A DNA stretch of 64,000 nucleotides from a virus. The translations under genes and the position numbers were made by a program. The notes below the pieces were generated by a model. It worked only from the letters and a program-made list of their open reading frames with translations, did no database searches and had not been told where the DNA came from. The stretch is taken from positions 1 to 64,000 of the IMG/VR virus record IMGVR_UViG_3300042896_000657; one strand, given 5' to 3'. Below are positions 39,288 through 50,236 of the stretch, in pieces (positions within the stretch are counted from its first letter, which is position 1; each line of letters begins with the position of its first letter).

Positions 39288-40229
39288 ATGAATAAAAATA
39301 AATTGAGTGAAATAGAATTAAAAGTTCTTCACCATCGCCTTCCTGAATTAAATTATGCTTATCAAAAAGCAATATCATATTCTCAATACTCAATATATGC
39401 TACTTGCCCACATCAGTGGTATAATAGTTATGTACTTAATTTAAACCCTTATTCTAACAGTATTCATACTTTATTTGGAACTGCTATGCATGAGACTCTT
39501 CAGAATTATCTGACAGTAATGTATGAAAATTCTGGTGTGTTTGCAGATCATACTATTAAATTAGATGAATATTTTCAAAATCGGTTTGTTGAGTTGTATC
39601 AAGATCATTATGATAAAACTAAAGAACATATCTCAAATGCAGTAGAAATGAGAGAATTTTATAATGATGGTAAAGCAATTTTAGAATGGTTTAAAAAGAA
39701 ACGTAGTAAATATTTTTCAAATAGAGGATGTAAATTAGTAGGTATTGAAATACCACTGTTAGTCAACGTTTCAAACAATATTTTCCTGAAGGGGTTTATA
39801 GACGTTGTAATATATGATACTGATTTAGATAAACTTTATATATACGATATAAAAACATCTACTCGTGGATGGTCTGATAAAGAAAAGAAGAGTGAATTAA
39901 AAGTAGCTCAAATATTACTTTATAAAGAATTTTTTGCTAAACAATATAATTTTGATGTTGAAAAAATTGAAGTAGAATTTTTTATTGTTAAACGTAAAAT
40001 ATATGATACTGATGATTTCATAATCCCTAGAATACAACAATTTAAACCAGCAAGTGGTAAAGGTAAACGTAGAAAAGTTGTTGATAATCTTGAAAATTTT
40101 ATTAAAGACTGTTTTGATTCGCTTGGAAAACCAATAGAAAAGCAATATATTAAAAATATAGGAGAAAAATCATGTAAATGGTGTCCATATGCTAATACTA
40201 TTCATTGTGATCAAATTGCATCTTCTTAA
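39288..40229 (+). CDS. PD-(D/E)XK exonuclease (RecB/Cas4-like)
   Basis: SYSQ, CPHQW, FGTAMHE, GFIDV, DIKTS, Q..LY, CKWCPY...C. Confidence 0.85.
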   Translation: MNKNKLSEIELKVLHHRLPELNYAYQKAISYSQYSIYATCPHQWYNSYVLNLNPYSNSIHTLFGTAMHETLQNYLTVMYENSGVFADHTIKLDEYFQNRFVELYQDHYDKTKEHISNAVEMREFYNDGKAILEWFKKKRSKYFSNRGCKLVGIEIPLLVNVSNNIFLKGFIDVVIYDTDLDKLYIYDIKTSTRGWSDKEKKSELKVAQILLYKEFFAKQYNFDVEKIEVEFFIVKRKIYDTDDFIIPRIQQFKPASGKGKRRKVVDNLENFIKDCFDSLGKPIEKQYIKNIGEKSCKWCPYANTIHCDQIASS

Positions 40230-40275
40230 GTTTGTATATATTTATATATAGTAATTAAATTAAAATATATAAATT

Positions 40276-40467
40276 ATGACAAAGCAACAATTAACAAGTG
40301 TAAAAGTACCTGAAGATTTATTTGAAGAATTCAAAATATCATGTATAAAGTATAAATTTAGTATTCAAAAATTAACAGAAAGATGTATGTACTTATATCT
40401 AACAGATGAAAAATTCAGAATAAATATTCATAATCAACTAGATACACAATTACCAGAAAATAAATAA
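40276..40467 (+). CDS. Ribbon-helix-helix-like small DNA-binding protein
   Basis: LTSVKVPEDLFEEFK pattern; heads the glycosyltransferase unit. Confidence 0.5.
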   Translation: MTKQQLTSVKVPEDLFEEFKISCIKYKFSIQKLTERCMYLYLTDEKFRINIHNQLDTQLPENK

Positions 40468-40482
40468 AAATTAAATAACGTT

Positions 40483-41943
40483 ATGAATAAAGAAGGTTAT
40501 ATTCCTAGAGAACAACGTAAAAAAATCCTATTAATGTGTGATGATATTAGAATGACATCTGGTATATCCACTATGGCTCGTGAAATAGTAATAGGTACTG
40601 CTCATCGATTTAATTGGGTAAATATGGGGGGTGCTATTCAGCATCCTGATCAAGGTAAACGTTTTGATTTAAACGATGATACTAATAAACAAACAGGCCT
40701 TACAGACACTAGTGTTTATTTGTATCCTCTTAATGGATATGGAGATCCTACTATCTTAAAACAAATAATGGATATAGAAAAACCAGATGCTATTTTGATA
40801 TTTACAGATCCAAGATATTGGATATGGTTATTTCAAATGGAGCATGAAATTAGAAAAACAATTCCATTAATTTATCTTAATATTTGGGATGATCTTCCTT
40901 ATCCAATGTATAATAAACCATATTATGAATCATGTGATGGATTATTAGCTATATCAAAACAAACAGAAAATATTAATCGTGTTGTATTAGGTGATAAAGC
41001 AAAAGATAAAACAATTAAATATGTTCCTCATGGAATTAATGAAGATCAATTTTATCCCATCACATCAGATCAACCAGAGTATCTAGCATTACAAGAATTC
41101 AAAAAATCATTATATAGTGGTAAAGAATATGATTTTTCTCTATTATATAATGCTCGTAACATTAGACGCAAATGTGTTCCTGATTTAATGTTAGCATGGA
41201 AAATATTTGTTGATCAATTACCACAGGATAAAGCAGAAAAATGTGCATTAGTATTACATACTCAAATAGTTGATGAAAATGGTACAGATTTAAATGCTGT
41301 TAAAGATATGTTATTTGGATATAATGAAAAATATAACATTATATTTGATCAAAATAGATATCCAACACAACTAATGAATTTACTTTATAATGCTACAGAT
41401 GGTTGTGCTTTAATTAGTTCAAACGAAGGTTGGGGATTATCATTAACTGAAGCAATGATGTGTGGTAAACCAATTATTGCTACTGTAACTGGTGGAATGC
41501 AAGATCAAATGGCATTTAGAGATGAAAATGATAAAATAATTAAATTCACTGAAGAATTCGGATCAAATCATAAAGGTAAATATAAAGAGCATGGACCATG
41601 GGCACTACCAGTATTTCCAAGTAATATAAGTATTGTAGGTTCAGTCCCTACACCTTATATATTTGATGATAGAGCATCTTCTGAAGATATTGCTACTCAA
41701 ATAAATGAACTTTATAAAATGAAAACCTTAAGTCCTAGAGTATACAAGATAATGTGTAATGAAGCTCGTAAATGGGTTACATCAGATGAATCAATGCAAT
41801 CTTCTAGATGGATGTCTAAAAATATTATAGATGGTATTGAAGAAACATTAGATAAATTTAAACCAAGACATTCATTTGAATTGATTAAAGTAGAAACACC
41901 TAATCAACCATTACATTACGTTAAAACAGTTATATCAAAATAA
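40483..41943 (+). CDS. Glycosyltransferase (GT-B, GT4-like)
   Basis: VPHGI, RNIRRK, EGWGLSLTEAM..GKPII. Confidence 0.88.
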   Translation: MNKEGYIPREQRKKILLMCDDIRMTSGISTMAREIVIGTAHRFNWVNMGGAIQHPDQGKRFDLNDDTNKQTGLTDTSVYLYPLNGYGDPTILKQIMDIEKPDAILIFTDPRYWIWLFQMEHEIRKTIPLIYLNIWDDLPYPMYNKPYYESCDGLLAISKQTENINRVVLGDKAKDKTIKYVPHGINEDQFYPITSDQPEYLALQEFKKSLYSGKEYDFSLLYNARNIRRKCVPDLMLAWKIFVDQLPQDKAEKCALVLHTQIVDENGTDLNAVKDMLFGYNEKYNIIFDQNRYPTQLMNLLYNATDGCALISSNEGWGLSLTEAMMCGKPIIATVTGGMQDQMAFRDENDKIIKFTEEFGSNHKGKYKEHGPWALPVFPSNISIVGSVPTPYIFDDRASSEDIATQINELYKMKTLSPRVYKIMCNEARKWVTSDESMQSSRWMSKNIIDGIEETLDKFKPRHSFELIKVETPNQPLHYVKTVISK

Positions 41944-41945
41944 AT

Positions 41946-43223
41946 ATGAAACCATTATTAGTTATAAGTTGCCCTTTAGATACTTTCAGTGGCTATGGTG
42001 CTAGAGCAAGAGATATAGTTAAAGTATTATTAAAATCAGATAAATATGAGGTTAAAATATTATCTCAACGTTGGGGAAATACTCCATTTGGATTTCTAAA
42101 ATCAGATAATCCTGAACATAAACAAATGTTAGATTGTATATTAAATTCTCCTCAATTACCAAAACAACCTGATGTATGGATTCAATTAACTGTTCCAAAT
42201 GAATTTCAAAAACTTGGAAAATTTAATATTGGTATAACAGCAGGTATTGAAACTACAGTTTGTGATGCCTCTTGGATTGAAGGATTAAATAGAATGGATT
42301 TAAATTTAGTATCTTCAAATCACGCTAAAACAGTATTTCAACAGTCTAAATTTGAAAAACGTAATTCCCAAACAAAAAATATTGAAAGTATAGTTGAGTT
42401 AACAAAACCTTGTGAAGTATTATTTGAAGGTGTTGATGTAAATATTTACAAAAAGATTGATGAATTCCAATCCAAAGATCTATTTAATCAATTAAATAAT
42501 ATTGAAGAAAAATTTAATTATTTATTTGTTGGACATTGGCTTCAAGGTGAAGTTGGTCAAGATAGAAAAGATGTAGGAATGTTAATTAAAACATTTTTAG
42601 AAACATTTAAAAATAAATCAACTAAACCAGGATTAATAGTAAAAACACAATCAGCTACATCCTCAATTATGGATAGAAATGAAATGCTATCTAAAATTCA
42701 AGCAATAAGAGTTGCTGTTGGAGGTGATAATTTACCAAATGTTTATTTATTACATGGTGAATTTACAGATGAAGAAATGAATGAATTATACAATCATCCC
42801 AAAATAAAAGCATTTGTATCATTTACTAAAGGTGAAGGTTATGGTCGTCCTTTATTAGAATCAACTATTTCCCAAAAACCAGTTATTGCTTCTAATTGGA
42901 GTGGTCATTTGGATTATTTATCTCCTAATATGTCTACATTATTACCAGGAGCTGTAAACCAAATCCACCCAAGTGCTGTAGTGCAAAATATGCTAATACC
43001 AGAATCAGGATGGTTTACTGTTGATTATAAACAAGCATCTATTATATTAACAGATGTTTATAATAACTATAAGAAATACATTGATGGAGCAAAGAAACAG
43101 TCGTATCGTTCCCGTACAGAATTTAATTTAGATAAAATGGGAGAATTATTGATTAATATATTAGATAAAAATATCCCAAAACCCATAGAATTAAAATTAC
43201 CAACACTTAAAAAAATAGGATAA
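41946..43223 (+). CDS. Glycosyltransferase (GT-B, GT4-like)
   Basis: SGYG, RKD, KGEGYGRPLLE...KPVIASNWSGHLD. Confidence 0.85.
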   Translation: MKPLLVISCPLDTFSGYGARARDIVKVLLKSDKYEVKILSQRWGNTPFGFLKSDNPEHKQMLDCILNSPQLPKQPDVWIQLTVPNEFQKLGKFNIGITAGIETTVCDASWIEGLNRMDLNLVSSNHAKTVFQQSKFEKRNSQTKNIESIVELTKPCEVLFEGVDVNIYKKIDEFQSKDLFNQLNNIEEKFNYLFVGHWLQGEVGQDRKDVGMLIKTFLETFKNKSTKPGLIVKTQSATSSIMDRNEMLSKIQAIRVAVGGDNLPNVYLLHGEFTDEEMNELYNHPKIKAFVSFTKGEGYGRPLLESTISQKPVIASNWSGHLDYLSPNMSTLLPGAVNQIHPSAVVQNMLIPESGWFTVDYKQASIILTDVYNNYKKYIDGAKKQSYRSRTEFNLDKMGELLINILDKNIPKPIELKLPTLKKIG

Positions 43224-43654
43224 TGACTGAAAAATTAGTAAATTGTAAAAGATGTGGATCTAATGCCTGCTCTGAAATGTCAGATGATAAAATAACTATA
43301 TGGGTATGTATGGGATGTGGTTTTACTACTAACACATTTATGAATTTAGATAATACTCCTAAAGCAGAAGATGTAATGCCTAATCTATATAAAGATTTAA
43401 AATTTACTGACGATACTGGATTAAATTGGTACCCGAATTCCGTAACATTAGACGATAAATCAATGGTATTTGCTGATGGTACATCAGTAGATGACTGGAA
43501 ATGGGCCGCTGTTAAATCAATTGAAATAACGGATGAAGAAAAGGAAAAATTTCCTAATTCCACTCATAGAGCCGACATGAGTACTATACAATATTTTGAA
43601 GAAAAAGATTTTATGGATGCTTTAGAGTATGTAGGATATTTTACCAGAAAATAA
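43223..43654 (+). CDS. Zn-ribbon hypothetical protein
   Basis: CKRCG...CMGCG. Confidence 0.6.
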   Translation: MTEKLVNCKRCGSNACSEMSDDKITIWVCMGCGFTTNTFMNLDNTPKAEDVMPNLYKDLKFTDDTGLNWYPNSVTLDDKSMVFADGTSVDDWKWAAVKSIEITDEEKEKFPNSTHRADMSTIQYFEEKDFMDALEYVGYFTRK

Positions 43655-43657
43655 AAT

Positions 43658-44284
43658 ATGAAAATTAGTTATGCAATTACTATAAGTTCCGAAATAAATG
43701 AACCTATTGATTTAATTCATTTTATTCATAAACATAAACAATCTCAAGATGAAATATGTGTATTGTTAGATAAACCTAAAATTCATCATTGGACGTTAGA
43801 CCAATTATATCGTTTTTCTTCTTCAAATTGGATTACATTAAAAGAATCAGCATTCCAAAACAATTTTGCTGAATGGAAGAATGAATTAAATAGTATGTGT
43901 AATGGTGATTATATTTTTAACATAGATGCTGATGAAATTCCATCAGAAACTTTCATAAATAATATTCATGAATTAATTGAACTTAATCCTGAAATAAAAG
44001 CATATGCTCTTCCTAGAGTAAATACAGTAGAAGGATTAACTCAAAAACATATTCAAAAATGGGGATGGAGGATTGATGATAAAAAAAGAATAAATTGGCC
44101 TGATTATCAAGTTCGTATCTATAAAAATACTCCTGAGATATATTGGGAAGGTAAAGTGCATGAGACTTTGAATATTAGAGATAAAGCCGTATCTTTACCT
44201 ATAGAAACACAGGATTGGGCTTTGCATCATCCTAAAACAATAGAAAGACAAGAAAAACAAAATAACTATTATGATACATTATGA
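43658..44284 (+). CDS. Glycosyltransferase family 2
   Basis: IDADE (DxD), PDYQ.R, W.GKVHE. Confidence 0.85.
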   Translation: MKISYAITISSEINEPIDLIHFIHKHKQSQDEICVLLDKPKIHHWTLDQLYRFSSSNWITLKESAFQNNFAEWKNELNSMCNGDYIFNIDADEIPSETFINNIHELIELNPEIKAYALPRVNTVEGLTQKHIQKWGWRIDDKKRINWPDYQVRIYKNTPEIYWEGKVHETLNIRDKAVSLPIETQDWALHHPKTIERQEKQNNYYDTL

Positions 44285-45141
44285 TTACAATTAAACAAAA
44301 CAATTTGTATTTAATTACAGGGGGAAGTGGATTTTTAGGAGAGCCATTAACAGAGTATATATTATCACAAGGTGGAAGAGTAAGAATAATAGCTAGAGAT
44401 GAAGGTAAATTAATAAGAATTAAAGAAATGTTCCCCTCTGTTGAAATATTTCCAGGTGATATTTCTGATGTATTTGAAGTACAACAATCTATGAAAGAAG
44501 TTGTAGGTGTTTTTCATTTAGCTGCTTCTAAACATGTTGGGTTAGCAGAAAAATTTGTTCGAGAAAATATAAAAACAAATATATTAGGATCTTTAAATAT
44601 TTTGGAACAATCTATAAATCATCCCACTCTTGAATTTGTATTATCTATCTCAACAGATAAAGCAGCACAAGTAGCTGGAGTATATGGAGCTACTAAACTT
44701 TTAATGGAAAGATCTATTAAACAATATGAAGAATTAAATCAAAATGTTAAATATCGAATAGTACGTTATGGAAATGTTTTATATTCAACTGGATCTGTTC
44801 TATGTAAATGGAAAGATCTAATACAACAAGGAAAATCTGTAATAGTTACAGAACCTGAAGCTACAAGATTTTTTTGGACGGTTGCTGATGCTATACAATT
44901 GATAGAAGATTGTATGCAAAACTCAACAGATAGTACTCCATATTGTCCTACTATGAAATCAATGCGTATTAAAGATTTATTAAATGCTATGATTTTAAAA
45001 TATTCTAATGATCAAAATATAGAAATTAAAATTATTGGACTGCAACCTGGAGAAAATATGCATGAAAAAGTACTTGAAGAAGGTCCTTATTCAAATGAAG
45101 TTGAACATTTTACTGTAGAAGAAATTTTAACATTAATTTAA
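44281..45141 (+). CDS. NDP-sugar 4,6-dehydratase/epimerase (PseB/CapD-like SDR)
   Basis: ITGGSGFLG, HLAASKHV, STDKA, YGATK, RYGNV, TRFF. Confidence 0.9.
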   Translation: MITIKQNNLYLITGGSGFLGEPLTEYILSQGGRVRIIARDEGKLIRIKEMFPSVEIFPGDISDVFEVQQSMKEVVGVFHLAASKHVGLAEKFVRENIKTNILGSLNILEQSINHPTLEFVLSISTDKAAQVAGVYGATKLLMERSIKQYEELNQNVKYRIVRYGNVLYSTGSVLCKWKDLIQQGKSVIVTEPEATRFFWTVADAIQLIEDCMQNSTDSTPYCPTMKSMRIKDLLNAMILKYSNDQNIEIKIIGLQPGENMHEKVLEEGPYSNEVEHFTVEEILTLI

Positions 45142-45150
45142 AAATTAATT

Positions 45151-45801
45151 ATGAATAATAATAAAGACCTATCAGTTTTAATAGGATCCTGTGATAGTTA
45201 TAATTCTTTTTGGAAAAATTTTGATATATTATTTAAACGATATTGGAATGTTAATACAGAAAATATTTTTATAGGAGAAACTATCCCTATACCATATACA
45301 GGATACACTAATATACTCCCTGGAAAAATTTCTTGGGGTGAAAGAATATTAATTGCTCTAGAAAATATAAAAACAGAATATATATTTTTTATATTAGAAG
45401 ATTATTATTTAACAGAATCAATAACTTCAGAAATTATATCAGAACATATATCAACTTTAGAAGAATATTCAGCACATAAAATTATGTTGGATATAGTAAC
45501 TCATTCTGATTATAGATTAACAGAGATTAAACCTAATCTTTTTAAATTTAATTCAAATAGTATGTATCTAAATTCAGTACAACCAGCGATATGGAAAACC
45601 TCTTATTTAAAACAGGTATTACGTCCTGAATATAGTCCTTGGGATTTTGAATTAAAGGGTAATCAATTTGCATCAACATTAAATAATACTTTACTTATAC
45701 AAGCAAGAAATAAACCAATTTATTTTAATTATGTTAGAGTTGGAGGTAGAATATCAGAAGGATGGGAAGATGTTTTTAAAAAAGAAAATTTAACAAACTA
45801 A
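45151..45801 (+). CDS. Putative GT-A glycosyltransferase
   Basis: SCDSY, LEDYYL, Q.AIW, SPWDFE. Confidence 0.55.
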   Translation: MNNNKDLSVLIGSCDSYNSFWKNFDILFKRYWNVNTENIFIGETIPIPYTGYTNILPGKISWGERILIALENIKTEYIFFILEDYYLTESITSEIISEHISTLEEYSAHKIMLDIVTHSDYRLTEIKPNLFKFNSNSMYLNSVQPAIWKTSYLKQVLRPEYSPWDFELKGNQFASTLNNTLLIQARNKPIYFNYVRVGGRISEGWEDVFKKENLTN

Positions 45802-45804
45802 AAA

Positions 45805-46587
45805 ATGGAAACACAATTTAAAGGTGTATGGGTCTACGAAAAAGAAGCTATAGTAGATGGGTTTAAAGAAGTATGCATATCAGCAATAGAAAATGATAGC
45901 GTATTTTCTACCTTTAAGCAAAATAGTAAATTTTGCCCAGTAATAGGAAATGATGTACTTAATAAAGATATTTCAGATAAAATATATAATAGTCTTTTTG
46001 AAGATAATCTAATAACAATAGAAGAACTTCAAAAATATAAGTCAAATGATATAATAGGTGGACCAAACTTATATGATTATAATCCTGTAGGATTAATTTC
46101 CCCAGGTACTATATATTTTGTTAATGTGTTAAAAGAACTTAGAAAATATTTTGGAAATTTAACCAATCATAATATCGTGGAAATTGGTAGTGGATATGGG
46201 GGGCAAGCTAAAATATTATTAGATAGTGGAGTAAAATCTTATACTGTAGTAGATATATATCCTACTTTACAATTATGTCAAAAATATTTATCTTATTTTT
46301 CATATAATAATATAGATTTTATAAAATCAGATAATATTACACCTAAAAAATATGATACTGTAATATCTAATTGGTGTTTAAGTGAATTTGATGAGGAAGG
46401 AATGTCATTTTATATAGAAAATATAATTAAATATTGCTCTCAAGGTTATTTTTTAATGAATACTTGGGATAGTAGAAGAGATTATCTTTTAAATGAATTA
46501 AAAAAATATTTTGTATATGTAGAAACTTTTCAAGAAAATCCAAAAACACATCAAAATGATAATTGGGTATTAATAATTAAAAAATAA
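45805..46587 (+). CDS. Putative sugar O-methyltransferase (SAM-dependent)
   Basis: IVEIGSGYGG, VD, YD.VISNWCLSE. Confidence 0.8.
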   Translation: METQFKGVWVYEKEAIVDGFKEVCISAIENDSVFSTFKQNSKFCPVIGNDVLNKDISDKIYNSLFEDNLITIEELQKYKSNDIIGGPNLYDYNPVGLISPGTIYFVNVLKELRKYFGNLTNHNIVEIGSGYGGQAKILLDSGVKSYTVVDIYPTLQLCQKYLSYFSYNNIDFIKSDNITPKKYDTVISNWCLSEFDEEGMSFYIENIIKYCSQGYFLMNTWDSRRDYLLNELKKYFVYVETFQENPKTHQNDNWVLIIKK

Positions 46588-47174
46588 TGGAAATACAAGC
46601 TTATATAATAAACATCTCAACAAGAGAAGATAGGCGCATTCATATTATTAATGAAGTTAGTAAATTACCATTTATAAAACCTACCATTGTAGAGGGAATA
46701 GTTGATGGTACTGGAACATGCTTTCATTCTCAAAGAAAATGCATACAAAATGCTAAGGAATTACAATTAGAATATGTACTAGTATTAGAAGATGATGCCC
46801 TATTTACAGATAATTGTGAGGAAATTTTAAAAAAATCATTTTTAGAAATACAAAATATAGAATGGGATATGTTATTTCTTGGAGCTAATCTATTTAGTCC
46901 CGCTTATAAAGTATCAGAGCATTTACTTAAACTTACAGGAGCTTGGTGTGCTCATGCATATATTGTTCATAATAGATTTTATGATACAATACTTTCATTG
47001 CCACCTAATAAAGAGATGGATACTCATTATGGAGAATTGATGGATAAACACAATGTTTATATGTCAAATCCTATGATAGCATATCAACTTCCATCATATT
47101 CTAATCTTCAAAATGGATTTAGAGATTATAATGAAGCAATAGATAGAAACTTTTTAACATATGTAAAAATATGA
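46587..47174 (+). CDS. Glycosyltransferase family 25
   Basis: YIIN...R.DRR, CFHS, LVLEDD, AHAY, D. Confidence 0.82.
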   Translation: MEIQAYIINISTREDRRIHIINEVSKLPFIKPTIVEGIVDGTGTCFHSQRKCIQNAKELQLEYVLVLEDDALFTDNCEEILKKSFLEIQNIEWDMLFLGANLFSPAYKVSEHLLKLTGAWCAHAYIVHNRFYDTILSLPPNKEMDTHYGELMDKHNVYMSNPMIAYQLPSYSNLQNGFRDYNEAIDRNFLTYVKI

Positions 47175-48043
47175 AAATACTTTTAGGGTGTTTAAATGCA
47201 AATGGATTAGGGGGTAGTGAATTATATCACTATGAATTAGCTAAAGAATTATATAATAATAACATAGATATTACATTATTTACTTTAAGAGAAATTGATG
47301 ATAAAGATCAAATAAGAATAAAACTTAATGATATTGGTATTAAACAAATTAGTTCTAAAAATATAAATAATAAAGAACAATTTGATATTATAGTAGCAAG
47401 TCAGCCTCAAGTAAATGATTTTCTTCTTAATATATATCCTAATACTCCCATCATTAGCATAATCCATTCAGAAATTAGATCTGAAGATCCAATATTAGAT
47501 CCAAGAATATCTCATTACATTGGTATAAGACAACCAATTATTGATATGTTAATTAATGAATATAACATTGAGTCAAGTAAAGTATCATTAATTTATAACC
47601 CAATTGACACTAGTAGATTCAATTCGAATAACAAAGAATCTTACGAAAAAACAACAGGAATATTCGTGGGTGAAGTATTAGATAATATTAGATTTGAAGC
47701 TATATCTCATTTAGTAAACGAATGTATTCAAAATGATTGGGATCTATTATTAATGAGTGAATCTCGTTATGATTTTAAACACCCCAATATAAAATATATT
47801 GATAAACGATGGGATAATGAAACAATAGTTAAAAATGTTGATTTTACCGCTGGAATTTTATTAGGAAGAACTACATTAGAAGGATTATGTTGTGGAGTAC
47901 CGGGATATGTTTATTATATTAATAAAAATGGTAATGTAACTGGGATTGATTTAATTGAACCCGATAATATTCAACAATTTGATAGTAAATATGTAGCACA
48001 ACAACATATAAAATTATATAATAAAATAATTAATAATAACTAA
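47171..48043 (+). CDS. Glycosyltransferase-like (GT-B)
   Basis: GGSELY..ELA, IYNPID..RF, GRTTLEGL..GVP. Confidence 0.72.
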   Translation: MKILLGCLNANGLGGSELYHYELAKELYNNNIDITLFTLREIDDKDQIRIKLNDIGIKQISSKNINNKEQFDIIVASQPQVNDFLLNIYPNTPIISIIHSEIRSEDPILDPRISHYIGIRQPIIDMLINEYNIESSKVSLIYNPIDTSRFNSNNKESYEKTTGIFVGEVLDNIRFEAISHLVNECIQNDWDLLLMSESRYDFKHPNIKYIDKRWDNETIVKNVDFTAGILLGRTTLEGLCCGVPGYVYYINKNGNVTGIDLIEPDNIQQFDSKYVAQQHIKLYNKIINNN

Positions 48044-48046
48044 AAT

Positions 48047-48769
48047 ATGATATTTAGAACACAAAATGAACCTACTGTTACATTTTATAAAAATGAACAA
48101 TTTAAAAATCAATTTGGTAATGATAACGAATGGGTAGATGAAAGTAAAGAATTAGGAATTGAAGAAGAATGTAGAATTGATATTCCTAGCTGGCAGAATA
48201 GATATAACTATGAATGCCAAATATTAACTGATATTATTAACGTTAATAATTATAATAAAATTATTGAGTTAGGATCAGGACCTGGAGAATTAGGTCAAAA
48301 AATATTTAAAAACAAAACAGATTTAAATTATACCTTTATTGACCAACCCGGAGCAAAGCAAATTTTTGATTCAAGAGGATATAAGGGTAAATTTCTAGTA
48401 AAAGATTTAATGAATAAATTTGATGTTTCTGATTTAGATAAAGATTATGATTTTTTAATTACTAATGATTTTTTAGAACATATATATAATCCATCTATAG
48501 TAGTACAAGAATGTTATAATATTGTAAAAGATGGAGGAAAAATGTTTGTAAGTGTTCCTAATTGGAGAATGGGGCATACCTTTATATATAGAGGATTATT
48601 TGATTATGATAATTTTATATATTTTATGTATACTCATGGTTTTTCAATTAGTGGAATATTTGATTCTCCTTTAAAATGCTCACATTCCCCCAAATTATCT
48701 TCTGAATCAGAAATGGATAATCAATTAATAAATAGTTGGAATTGGTATATGTTATTTGATAAAATATAA
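48047..48769 (+). CDS. Class I SAM-dependent methyltransferase
   Basis: IIELGSGPG, D.LEH..NP, GG..FVSVPN. Confidence 0.85.
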   Translation: MIFRTQNEPTVTFYKNEQFKNQFGNDNEWVDESKELGIEEECRIDIPSWQNRYNYECQILTDIINVNNYNKIIELGSGPGELGQKIFKNKTDLNYTFIDQPGAKQIFDSRGYKGKFLVKDLMNKFDVSDLDKDYDFLITNDFLEHIYNPSIVVQECYNIVKDGGKMFVSVPNWRMGHTFIYRGLFDYDNFIYFMYTHGFSISGIFDSPLKCSHSPKLSSESEMDNQLINSWNWYMLFDKI

Positions 48770-48775
48770 ATAAAT

Positions 48776-49921
48776 ATGAATATATCATTATTAGTAGGAT
48801 TAAAAAATAATTTAGATTATAATAAACACTTCTACTCCACTACCCGAGCATTATATCCAGATGTTGAAATATGTTTTGTTAGTTATGGTTCCACAGATGG
48901 AACACATGAATGGCTTGATTCATTAGAAGATAATAATGTTAAATACTTCTATTCACCTGAAAATAAAACATTCTCAGATACATTTAATAAAGCTACAGAA
49001 TTAGCTACTAAAGAATATGTAGCATATCTTCATAATGATATTGTTTTAGCTCCTGGGTTTTTGGAGAATTTAGAAAAACATGTATCTTCTAATAATGTGG
49101 TATCATATACTACTATTGAACCCCCTATATTTGCGGGACATGAACGTCCTGGAAAATTAATTTACGATTTAGGAACTGATTTAGAAACATTTGATAAAGA
49201 TAAATTATATCAATTTGCTAAGGAAAAACAATCTGAATATAAAGATAAAATAGAACAAGGTATTACATTCTTTATGTGTTTACGTAAAGAAGTACTATTA
49301 CAGATTGGGGGAATGGATAATTTATTTAATCCTATGTTCTGTGAGGATGATGATTTAATATTAAGACTTAAACTATATGGTTTAAATCAATTTACTTCAT
49401 TAGATGCTATATGTTATCACTTCGTTAGTAAAACATCAAGATTTTCAGAAGAATATGTGAATAAAACACGAGAAATAGAACTTAATTCAAATGCAAATTT
49501 CATTAGAAAATGGGGATTCAGACATTCTAAATATAATAAACGTTACAATATTGCATATGTTGTTGATAAATGTAATTATGATATGATGGCTGCCTTAGAA
49601 CCATGGTGTGATAGATTATACATTGATGATGAAATGGGGGTATTACAAGCAATGTATTATGAAAATGAACATAAAAATACATCTTATAATCTTAAAAAAC
49701 GTATTTTAACTACAAAATATAATGATGCAATTGGAGAAAATGATATTATAGTAGAATTTGATGGAACTAAATTAAATAATAATTCATTTGATATTCTAAC
49801 TAATCTATCAGATATTATAACTGAATCAGGAGAAGTTGGTACATTTGAATTAGATATATTTAAAATTACCATTAATCAAATCGAATCAAATACAAAACCA
49901 TTAATATTTATACCAAAATAA
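48776..49921 (+). CDS. Glycosyltransferase family 2
   Basis: GSTDGT, HND, GGMD..F...EDDD, YHFVS. Confidence 0.88.
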   Translation: MNISLLVGLKNNLDYNKHFYSTTRALYPDVEICFVSYGSTDGTHEWLDSLEDNNVKYFYSPENKTFSDTFNKATELATKEYVAYLHNDIVLAPGFLENLEKHVSSNNVVSYTTIEPPIFAGHERPGKLIYDLGTDLETFDKDKLYQFAKEKQSEYKDKIEQGITFFMCLRKEVLLQIGGMDNLFNPMFCEDDDLILRLKLYGLNQFTSLDAICYHFVSKTSRFSEEYVNKTREIELNSNANFIRKWGFRHSKYNKRYNIAYVVDKCNYDMMAALEPWCDRLYIDDEMGVLQAMYYENEHKNTSYNLKKRILTTKYNDAIGENDIIVEFDGTKLNNNSFDILTNLSDIITESGEVGTFELDIFKITINQIESNTKPLIFIPK

Positions 49922-49929
49922 TAACAAAC

Positions 49930-50220
49930 ATGGCATTAGAAAATATAAAACCAAAATTAAAAGTTGATATAAATAAAAATGAAACCAAAAAAGGTATCAA
50001 AGTACAATTTATATTACCTAATACTGTTAGTGGTGATGAAAAAGCCCAATTAACACAAAAGTTACAAAGTAAATTAAATACTGGATTAGCACCGTATAAA
50101 TTAACAGCAAATACTGATACTGATGTTCCTTATGATAATATTATTGGATTTTTAATTAGCATCCAAGACATCAGATTATTAATAAAGAATGCTTTATCAG
50201 GTGATACTTCTGAAAAATAG
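49930..50220 (+). CDS. Hypothetical protein
   Basis: ORF preceded by ATATTTAT at 49904. Confidence 0.6.
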   Translation: MALENIKPKLKVDINKNETKKGIKVQFILPNTVSGDEKAQLTQKLQSKLNTGLAPYKLTANTDTDVPYDNIIGFLISIQDIRLLIKNALSGDTSEK

Positions 50221-50236
50221 TATAAATAATTAATTT

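Noticed and set aside
39288-40229. Cas4-like nuclease as evidence of a CRISPR-Cas system
   Set aside because: No array or other cas genes in the window; solo PD-(D/E)XK exonucleases are common in phages.
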